The position numbers were made by a program, and so were the translations under genes. From a virus (lineage: Duplodnaviria; Caudoviricetes), in the IMG/VR virus record IMGVR_UViG_3300031998_000008, positions 96,001 to 160,000 of that record: DNA of 64,000 nt. One strand, given 5' to 3'. Below are positions 56,492 to 64,000 of the stretch, piece by piece. Within the stretch, counting starts at the first letter, position 1. Every line of letters begins with the position of its first letter. Below the pieces are notes generated by a model, which was not told the origin of the DNA, searched no databases, and worked only from the letters and a program-made list of their open reading frames with translations.

Positions 56492-57607
56492 ATGATTGAA
56501 GGAATTAAAAAGATTGAAAACATCAAATTACCATTCGAAAGTTCAGGCAGATATGGCGATGTTGATGGAATTTCATTACAAAACTTATTTTACGCTAAGA
56601 ATGGCTATTTTCCTGGATGCTATCTATTCGATTATGAATCAAGAACAAACGGTGACTACAAGTTTGATACCAAGAAAATAGCAAAGTACCTTTTGGAAAA
56701 TACGCCAAAAGATGAAAACATTGAATTTACTCCTTATTTTACAACAGTTCTTGGAAACAAGGAAGATAAGACAAATCTTGGTTTCTGTATTATTTTGAAT
56801 AAAAGTAACATTTATGCAAGATTTGAAACCTCAGTAACGGAATCATATGTTCTTTTTGACAACAAGCACATTGATGAATTGAATTCATTTGTTGAATCAG
56901 TTCTTCAATTCTATATTGCTCCTGAGGGTGAAGAAAACAATATTTGGAGATTGTGCAGTAGTCAATCTGGATATTATCTTGATAAGGGTAAGGTTAAGAT
57001 TTATCAAAACTTTGATATTAATAAACTTTACAACGATGGATTTGAAGTTGAGGATGAAAAAATCCGTAATTTCATTGCTGAAGATGATAAAAGTGGTCTT
57101 GTTATTCTCCATGGAGAAAAGGGTACAGGAAAAACTTCATACATCAAACACCTTGTCAATTTATTCCCGAATAGAAAGTTTGTGTATGTTCCTGCAAGTA
57201 TGATTAGCCTTTTGGGTGAACCATCATTCGGCTCATTCCTTATCACATTGAACAACCATGTTATTGTTCTTGAAGACTGTGAGAATGCAATTAGGGATAG
57301 AAGAGAAAATGGTAGTGCATCTGCCGTTTCATTGCTTCTTAACATGACCGATGGATTGCTTTCAGATGACCTTGGAATGAAATTCATCTGCACATTCAAC
57401 GAAGACATGAAGAATATTGACCCTGCTCTTTTGAGAAAAGGTAGATTGATGTCAAAATATGAGTTTAAGGAGTTGGCAACAGATAAGGCTGAGGCAATTC
57501 TTAGTGAACGTGGAATTGAAACAACACTTACAAAACCAATTACTCTTGCAGAAATTTTCCACTATGGAGAAGCTGGCTATGAGACTGTTAAAAAATCAAT
57601 TATTTAA
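56492..57607 (+). CDS. AAA+ ATPase
   Basis: [37 protein letters not shown]. Confidence 0.88.
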   Translation: MIEGIKKIENIKLPFESSGRYGDVDGISLQNLFYAKNGYFPGCYLFDYESRTNGDYKFDTKKIAKYLLENTPKDENIEFTPYFTTVLGNKEDKTNLGFCIILNKSNIYARFETSVTESYVLFDNKHIDELNSFVESVLQFYIAPEGEENNIWRLCSSQSGYYLDKGKVKIYQNFDINKLYNDGFEVEDEKIRNFIAEDDKSGLVILHGEKGTGKTSYIKHLVNLFPNRKFVYVPASMISLLGEPSFGSFLITLNNHVIVLEDCENAIRDRRENGSASAVSLLLNMTDGLLSDDLGMKFICTFNEDMKNIDPALLRKGRLMSKYEFKELATDKAEAILSERGIETTLTKPITLAEIFHYGEAGYETVKKSII

Positions 57608-57825
57608 TGGGTAAGAAAGATTTAATAGTACAGGAAGGATTAGTAATACAAGCATTACCAAATGCCATGTTCAAGGTTGAACTTGATGATAGTGGTATAG
57701 TGTTGTTATGTGTTATAAGTGGGAAGATTAGGCAAAACTATATAAAGATACTTGAAGGTGATAGGGTGAGGGTTGAAATTTCACCCTATGACCTAACAAG
57801 AGGTCGTATTGTAACAAGATTATAA
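57607..57825 (+). CDS. infA: Translation initiation factor IF-1
   Basis: [46 protein letters not shown]. Confidence 0.95.
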   Translation: MGKKDLIVQEGLVIQALPNAMFKVELDDSGIVLLCVISGKIRQNYIKILEGDRVRVEISPYDLTRGRIVTRL

Positions 57826-57846
57826 ACTTTTTTAAATATTAGTACT

Positions 57847-58212
57847 ATGTTAGAAAGATTATTTAATTTACTTCAAAGTAAGTCATTTGAAGATGAAATG
57901 GCTTCAATGTTTGACAATGTAAAACTTATTGCTCCATTTTGGGGCGTATCAACGTTTAACAATGTTTCAAACTTTGCATTAAAAGATGGCGTTTATGAAC
58001 TTTCAATGGATGTTGATGACAACGCCACAGCAGACAATGTTGAAATCAATCTTGACAAGAAAAATGTGTTGAGCATTAAGTATTCAGTTAAGACTGTTTC
58101 ATCAGAACGCATGGTAAGCGTAAGAGAATCACTTCCTGAAGATTGTGATTCAGACACACTTGATGCATCAATTAAAAATGGTAAACTTGTTGTTACTGTA
58201 AACCAAAAGTAA
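57847..58212 (+). CDS. Small heat-shock protein (Hsp20/alpha-crystallin-like)
   Basis: LPEDCDSDTLDASIKNGKLVVTV C-terminal motif. Confidence 0.75.
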   Translation: MLERLFNLLQSKSFEDEMASMFDNVKLIAPFWGVSTFNNVSNFALKDGVYELSMDVDDNATADNVEINLDKKNVLSIKYSVKTVSSERMVSVRESLPEDCDSDTLDASIKNGKLVVTVNQK

Positions 58213-58230
58213 TACAGGAATACTTAAAAT

Positions 58231-58262
58231 AAAAAAGGAGAGCTTAACAGCCCTCCTTTTTT
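58231..58262. terminator. Bidirectional terminator
   Basis: A6GGAG..CTCC-T6. Confidence 0.8.
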
Positions 58263-58279
58263 TATTTAATATAATTATT

Positions 58280-59116
58280 TTATTTCTTTATTGAATCCAA
58301 ATATTTTATGATTCCATCAACGTGCGTTTTGATAACGGCTTCTCTACCTTCATCAGATAAAATGTATTTAACATCATCAACATTGTCATAGAAGAAGTTT
58401 TCTGTCAAAACAGCAGGACAATATGTCTTATATATGATATAGAAGTTTGATTCCCAATCACTATCTCCATCTGTCTTGTCAGTTCTTATTTGATGACCAA
58501 CGAAGTTCTTTTTTGCCTCATCATATAGGCATTCAGCAAAAGCATCACTTTTTGTTGTTCCTTTTGTTGTGAATGCACACCAGCCTCTTGCTGATTTCCA
58601 TTCTCTTCCGTTTCCTGCGGCATTTGCGTGAATTGAAATTAGTATTACATTTGATGTACCGACTTCATTACATATTGCATTTGCCCTGTTTGCACGTTCC
58701 TTTAATGAAATATCAATTTCCTCAGGTACAAGTATTCTTGCGTCATATCCAAGGTCTTTTAGCCTTTTATGGACTTCATTTGATATTTCTCTATTCCATT
58801 TGTATTCGTAAAATTCTATTTCAGGTTTAACACCGTAGCAAGAATATGGGCTTTTCTTCCCTGGCGTGTTATACCCGTGTCCGTTGTCAATTAAAATAAC
58901 CATCTTACAATCGTTAGATGTTGGTTCTCCTGATTGGCCTAAATTTGGTTCATCATTTGGCTCATCATTGGGGTCATCAATGGGCTCATAATTAGGCTCA
59001 TCATCGTTTACAATCGTGTCATTCTCATTACTGATAATCTCAGTGTCTTTAGGCTCTTCCTTTTTACCGAATAGAGACTTAAAAAAATTAATAATAGCCA
59101 TAAAAATTTTTTTCAT
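58280..59116 (-). CDS. N-acetylmuramoyl-L-alanine amidase (Amidase_3), probable endolysin
   Basis: ILIDNGHG, EYKWN, ISIHANA, PAVLTENFFYDN; late motif upstream. Confidence 0.9.
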   Translation of the reverse strand: MKKIFMAIINFFKSLFGKKEEPKDTEIISNENDTIVNDDEPNYEPIDDPNDEPNDEPNLGQSGEPTSNDCKMVILIDNGHGYNTPGKKSPYSCYGVKPEIEFYEYKWNREISNEVHKRLKDLGYDARILVPEEIDISLKERANRANAICNEVGTSNVILISIHANAAGNGREWKSARGWCAFTTKGTTKSDAFAECLYDEAKKNFVGHQIRTDKTDGDSDWESNFYIIYKTYCPAVLTENFFYDNVDDVKYILSDEGREAVIKTHVDGIIKYLDSIKK

Positions 59117-59133
59117 TTTTTTTACGTTTTTTA

Positions 59134-59142
59134 ATAAATAGT
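59134..59142 (-). promoter_or_regulatory. Putative late promoter motif
   Basis: ACTATTTAT 17 nt before 59116. Confidence 0.7.
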
Positions 59143-59143
59143 G

Positions 59144-61687
59144 TTAAAACTTCACATCGTTTATTCTTTTTAACATTGAGTTGAAACTTTCACGTATTTG
59201 ATTGATTGGTTGAAATTGTTTAAGCCAATTTATATCTTGTTCTTGATTATTTCCACTGTATGAGTTTACTGTAAAAACACCATTTTCGTCAACGCTAAAG
59301 TTCATTTTGCTACCTGAAGCAAGTACTATTACAAATTGATTCTCATACCTGCATTTAAACGATGCAACAGAGGCCCTATCAATACCATTAATAACTATTT
59401 TTGGGTCATAACTTGACCAATAATAAGTGTATATTTTGTTTCCTTTTATAAAGGTAGTGAAATATCTTGAAGAGCCACCATCAACTAATTCATCATATGC
59501 TATTTTATGCGTGAAGTCTGGGCCTTCATAATCTGCCAATATCATAATCTTCTCGCCATTTACTAATTCAAATTTTGCAATATTTGAATAATCCATTGAA
59601 GACATTTCTTTAATACCTGACAATACAACTTTTCTTTGTGGTATGTCATATATGAACTTTGTAGTATCAGGCTTTGTCAATAGCAAGTATTTATAAAAGT
59701 TTTTCACTGATAATTTTCTTGGAGCAAAATAATGTTCGCTCACCTCTTCTATATTCAAAAACTCTTCATCGAATAATGGCGTAAAATCAAAATTAAGAAT
59801 AATATAATAACCATTTTTTGATGTTGTCACAAAGAATTTTCCTTCTTTACTTACAGAGATAACCATGTCAAAATTTTTCATAAAGTCGCCATTCATGTTT
59901 AAAACATCAACCTGAGTTCCTTTGTAACAAAAATACATGTTAAATCCGTTTTCTTTTTGTGCAGGAATAATGTTTTCATACATTGACGAAACAATTTTGT
60001 CATATCTAAAGTTAAATAGGGCCTTTTCAGAATCATTGAATTTAAGAACCCATGTTTCATCTGTTTTTTCAACGACATCTACTTGTTTGAATGGTTTTTT
60101 TAGAATCATTTTTTCTTTTTTACCATTGTAGATGTTATAAAAATCTTCCCATTCACCACTTGTATATTTTACTATTGCGTGAATACCATCTCCATAACTG
60201 TAACTGAAAATGTAGTCAGTTGCATTGCTCTCTATATTTTCTAATTTATGGGTAAAATATGTTCCACGGATTATTTCTTCACCGTTTTTAACAGTTACGA
60301 CAAATCCACGTTTTTCATCAATTGGGACATCAGACTTTACTATTACTTTAAATTCCATTGCCGTTTCATCAAAAGCCAATAATCCATATGCGCTATCTTG
60401 CCTTACTGTTAAGAATGGTGTGTCGGTATGTAGTATAGCGCCATTTTCTGAAGGTATCCCCATGGTTATATCTATTCCCTCGTTTGAGTTTTTAGCTGTT
60501 ACTATTTTGGCACAGTCGTTTGTTTTCAAGTTAAACGCATAAATACTATTTGGGCCGTTTTGTACAAACAATATGTCACCGATTTGCTCTTGATAATACA
60601 CACTTTCAAGTGTTTGCCAATTACTGCTATATCCGTTTTGTTTTTCAACGTATGCTATGACTTTATCAACATCGTTTCCTGCTACATTTAATTCTATAAG
60701 AGAACAACTTTCATAATTCTTGCTTATTGGCTCGTTAATATTGATGTCAACATATGATATTGGGTCTGTTGAATCCATTCCTGTATCATATAGGTAATAA
60801 TTGTCATTTACATCGAATACATAATCATTATTCCATTCAGGCATAAGTTCCAAGTAGCAACCATCATATTCTTTTAGTAGATATGAATGGTTACTTCTTT
60901 CTTCGTCATAGCGTTCATACCTTTCTTCATCGCTGATTAATGTATTTTCTAATTTATCTTTATAATTCTCGTTTTGTTCTCCGTAAAATTCAAGAACATC
61001 GTCAGGCATTTCAATGTCTTCAATTGAATTAATGGATTCATCATTAGAATCTCTAAAATCTCCTGATTCAAAACAGAATTGATACCTTGTATATGGATAT
61101 TCTTTGTTATTTGTTGGCGATGTTTCTCCTTTTCTCATGTCAAAGTTAATCCATAGCGGGCCTTGCCTTGTATATTGATTATAATAACTAAGCCCGTTTC
61201 TATATGCACCTGCTGTACACCATCTACATCCTTGTCCTAATTTTTCAGACGCTTCATATGTGTGTGGTACTGCCACTTTCCAATCAGGCGTATCATAAAC
61301 AATATCATAATCATCTTCAGGTCCACCGTTTCCGTTTTTTTCTAAAACGGGGTCAAAATCAGGCATCATTTCTATCGCTTCTTTAACACTTCCAATGTTA
61401 ACCAAATTCAATCCATTATTTTGTCTTGATTGAAAGTATTGGAAAAGCCTTGCAACTTCTTGTTTTTGTACCAAATCAACTATTAACTTTTTCTCACTTT
61501 CCCAATGGCTGAGTAGCCACCTTGTGTATGATTTTTTCTTTGTAGGGTCAGCACCTAATATATAATAAAATATGCTTTCAGGTACGTTTTTACCTTGAAC
61601 GAATTGATAGTGTAATATCTTTTGAATTTCTTCTGGAGATTTTGCCTCAAGAATCAGATTATCATAAAATTCATCTAAACCTAACAT
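59144..61687 (-). CDS. Large WCT-domain protein with beta-repeat C-terminus, paralog 1
   Basis: ADPT..YTRWLL; YDTPDWKVAVPHTYEASEKLGQGCRWCTAG..GPLWINFD..RYQF. Confidence 0.75.
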   Translation of the reverse strand: MLGLDEFYDNLILEAKSPEEIQKILHYQFVQGKNVPESIFYYILGADPTKKKSYTRWLLSHWESEKKLIVDLVQKQEVARLFQYFQSRQNNGLNLVNIGSVKEAIEMMPDFDPVLEKNGNGGPEDDYDIVYDTPDWKVAVPHTYEASEKLGQGCRWCTAGAYRNGLSYYNQYTRQGPLWINFDMRKGETSPTNNKEYPYTRYQFCFESGDFRDSNDESINSIEDIEMPDDVLEFYGEQNENYKDKLENTLISDEERYERYDEERSNHSYLLKEYDGCYLELMPEWNNDYVFDVNDNYYLYDTGMDSTDPISYVDININEPISKNYESCSLIELNVAGNDVDKVIAYVEKQNGYSSNWQTLESVYYQEQIGDILFVQNGPNSIYAFNLKTNDCAKIVTAKNSNEGIDITMGIPSENGAILHTDTPFLTVRQDSAYGLLAFDETAMEFKVIVKSDVPIDEKRGFVVTVKNGEEIIRGTYFTHKLENIESNATDYIFSYSYGDGIHAIVKYTSGEWEDFYNIYNGKKEKMILKKPFKQVDVVEKTDETWVLKFNDSEKALFNFRYDKIVSSMYENIIPAQKENGFNMYFCYKGTQVDVLNMNGDFMKNFDMVISVSKEGKFFVTTSKNGYYIILNFDFTPLFDEEFLNIEEVSEHYFAPRKLSVKNFYKYLLLTKPDTTKFIYDIPQRKVVLSGIKEMSSMDYSNIAKFELVNGEKIMILADYEGPDFTHKIAYDELVDGGSSRYFTTFIKGNKIYTYYWSSYDPKIVINGIDRASVASFKCRYENQFVIVLASGSKMNFSVDENGVFTVNSYSGNNQEQDINWLKQFQPINQIRESFNSMLKRINDVKF

Positions 61688-61690
61688 ACA

Positions 61691-64000
61691 TTAAAATTTT
61701 GTTTTACTTATTTTGTTGTATATTTTGTTAAAGTTTTCGGCCATTTGTGTTATCTGACTGTTTACTATGGCATCAACTTTTTGTTGGTTTGCTTGTGTAT
61801 TTGGTGCGGCAGGTGTTGTTATTGCTGTCAATCTGTTTTTATCTGCATAGAATCTACATTCAATATCATTACCTGTTTCATCGTCTTGTAAGTTCATTGT
61901 TACAAGCATTATACCTGCACCCACATGTACATCCTTTATATATTCTTTGTTTATACCGTTTGTTGACGGGAATATTATATTTTTGCTTCCAATTAAAAAT
62001 AGCCTTGTGTTGAAGAACATAACCTTATTGTCTGTTGTTGTGAATGCAAATGAGTGGTCTGGAAGTTCTGCTATTATTTTATTTGCTGTCTCAGGTATTA
62101 AAAGAGCGCCTTTATAGAAAACGTTCACTTTTTCATCTTTATATATCTTATATGCATATCCATCAGATATTATGTTACAACCATTCATTCTTTTTATGCC
62201 TGTCATTATAATTTTTTGGTATTTTGAATCATATATGCACATTTGAAGTTCCTCATTCCAAAATACAATGTATTCACCATAATCACCGATAACGCCATAT
62301 TTTTCAAAATTATATTCAGATGCATATAGTTTTGCATCATTGGCATCAAATAGACCGAGGTAAGGTTCTTGTTCGTTAATTTTAACCACGAATCTTCCAT
62401 TGTGTAATGTTTTTTCTATATTAGCAAAACTTCCTATTATTTTACCATTTTCCAAGAATATTGATACCCCATTTTGTATATCGCCATTGTTAAGCATCAT
62501 ATTATACCCAACATAAAAGTCAGTTCCGTTAACAAAGTCAATTTTTTGAAATCTTTCTTTTCTTAATGTTTTGATGTTTAAGAAATCAACGAAACCTTCT
62601 CTAAAATAAACCAAAGCAGAATATGCATTCTTAGATGGTCTTATTTTACTTGGTAGTTTTTCTATATCGCTTGAATCGTATAAGAATTCATTTTTATCTT
62701 TTAGATATATGTTATAATATTTACCGTCACCCGAATGTCTGTACCTTACGATATAGGCATTGTCTTGTAATTCTTCTTCAAGGTCATATGAATAATTAAC
62801 AGGTGTTCCCCAGTGATTTGCACTAAGATAATGCACACCAAATCTACCTCTAATATAACACATATCTTTTTCTTCGTCATATTCTATTTTATATCCCTCA
62901 TCATAGAATGGGGCATCTTTTGAAATGACTGTTTCAAAATCGTCTTTTTCAATATAGAACAATGCACTATAGCCATTTGAATAATTTACTTGAATGAATG
63001 AGCCATCTGAGTAATAATCAAGGTATCCGTCACCTCTTGATATTTCGCTATATAAAAATTCGGGATTTACAATGACATCATAATCAGACATTGTATTAAG
63101 GTCCCCAACCGGTATCATGTAATCACATTCACTTTTTTCATCACACACAAACAATGTGTTTCTGTCGGTGATAAACCAAGCAAGACTGCCTGTTCCATAT
63201 GACTGTTCATTTTTAAGTGGTGATGCTGTCCAATATGACGAATTTCTGCTTCCATTATTTTCTTTATAGCAAGCAAAAAACTCGTTTGCTGTTGTTCTTA
63301 ATATAATACATGGATAAGCATCTTCTCCATAATATTCATTGTAGAATGGCTCAACAACACAGTCTTCTGGATTGTTTGGCACTGGTTTAAGGCAAATTGG
63401 GTCTGATTCATCATCACCATCATAAACAAACCATTCACCGTCAGGACTATAAACAGGAACTTCATCGTTTGATTTTACCAATAACAATAATTCATGGTAA
63501 CTATCTTCACTTCCTTTCAATGTATATCCGTTTTCACGTCTTATTACATAGTAATCATTCCAATCATCTTCTGTGTATTCTCTTTCTCTTTCATATTCAC
63601 CGTTGATTACTTGTGCGTATCTTTCATCCTGTTCACCATAGAAATCAACAACCTCTTGCGGCATGTGAATATTTTCAAATTCAACTCTATTATCTCTTGA
63701 ATCCATTAACTCGCCATAGAAATTTCTATACTCGAAAAGGAATTGATACCTTTTATATGGATATTCTTTTTTATCAACGGGGCATATTTCGCCTCTTCTC
63801 ATGTCGAAGTTAATCCATAATGGTCCATATTCGGTATATCTTCTATAATATCCTGGCCCATCACCAAATGCACCTGCCGTACACCATTTACACCCTTGTC
63901 CTAATTTTACTGATGCTTGATATGAATGAGGTACTGCTATCTTCCAATCTGGGGTGTCATACACAATTTCATAATTATCCTCAGGACCGCCATTTCCAAC
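61691..64000 (-). CDS. Large WCT-domain protein, paralog 2 (5' end beyond the window)
   Basis: Frame open to the window edge (VGNGGPEDNYEIVYDTPDW...GCKWCTAG); near-identical WCT block to paralog 1. Confidence 0.8.
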   Translation of the reverse strand, partial: VGNGGPEDNYEIVYDTPDWKIAVPHSYQASVKLGQGCKWCTAGAFGDGPGYYRRYTEYGPLWINFDMRRGEICPVDKKEYPYKRYQFLFEYRNFYGELMDSRDNRVEFENIHMPQEVVDFYGEQDERYAQVINGEYEREREYTEDDWNDYYVIRRENGYTLKGSEDSYHELLLLVKSNDEVPVYSPDGEWFVYDGDDESDPICLKPVPNNPEDCVVEPFYNEYYGEDAYPCIILRTTANEFFACYKENNGSRNSSYWTASPLKNEQSYGTGSLAWFITDRNTLFVCDEKSECDYMIPVGDLNTMSDYDVIVNPEFLYSEISRGDGYLDYYSDGSFIQVNYSNGYSALFYIEKDDFETVISKDAPFYDEGYKIEYDEEKDMCYIRGRFGVHYLSANHWGTPVNYSYDLEEELQDNAYIVRYRHSGDGKYYNIYLKDKNEFLYDSSDIEKLPSKIRPSKNAYSALVYFREGFVDFLNIKTLRKERFQKIDFVNGTDFYVGYNMMLNNGDIQNGVSIFLENGKIIGSFANIEKTLHNGRFVVKINEQEPYLGLFDANDAKLYASEYNFEKYGVIGDYGEYIVFWNEELQMCIYDSKYQKIIMTGIKRMNGCNIISDGYAYKIYKDEKVNVFYKGALLIPETANKIIAELPDHSFAFTTTDNKVMFFNTRLFLIGSKNIIFPSTNGINKEYIKDVHVGAGIMLVTMNLQDDETGNDIECRFYADKNRLTAITTPAAPNTQANQQKVDAIVNSQITQMAENFNKIYNKISKTKF

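Noticed and set aside
680-63813. Numerous 60-170 aa ORFs nested in or antisense to long genes
   Set aside because: Biased low-complexity composition typical of shadow frames, with no promoters or motifs
1-64000. Stop-codon recoding (TAG=Gln, as in Lak and some crAss-like phages)
   Set aside because: Core genes are full-length and densely packed in the standard code; the one TAG stop noticed (11017) is followed by a promoter
59144-64000. Diversity-generating retroelement behind the paralog similarity
   Set aside because: No reverse transcriptase in the window; the similarity is an in-frame shared domain, not a template/variable repeat pair

Overview
This AT-rich window comes from a large T4-like (jumbo/huge) tailed phage read in the standard genetic code. 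The host is probably a Bacteroidota species, inferred from A/T-rich leaders without Shine-Dalgarno sequences and Bacteroides-type amidase, IF-1 and AAA genes. It carries the head and packaging core (portal gp20, neck gp13, terminase gp17, major capsid gp23, scaffold, prohead protease gp21), a gp5-like baseplate spike region and a gp55-like sigma factor. These are interleaved with early/auxiliary genes: vWA, three glycosyltransferases, HNH, dUTPase, HAD nucleotidase, DUF2829/Tad2-like, KTSC-SLOG, ClpC, Dam, UvrD, AAA, IF-1, Hsp20 and amidase. Main unexplained structure: (1) About 15 late genes share a helical tag ([IL]-[TS]-E-x-Q-L..I[VI]xES..[KR]IL.E) with gp21-type [ILVM]-x-E sites, which also lie between enzymatic domains of multi-domain ORFs. 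This suggests capsid-packaged, protease-processed effector polyproteins (NTase, metallopeptidases, InPase/PRTase/cREC, ART-like, muramidase, 'WC[IT]' domains). (2) A candidate -1 frameshift (A9 run, 5-nt spacer, hairpin) would join ORFs 41209..43008 and 40586..41098. (3) About 20 copies of a late-promoter motif ACTATTTAT, often fused to the upstream terminator. (4) An orphan late-promoter/terminator unit of about 115 nt at 17.43-17.55 kb that looks like a structured ncRNA. All functional calls come from reading motifs by eye; no database searches were run.
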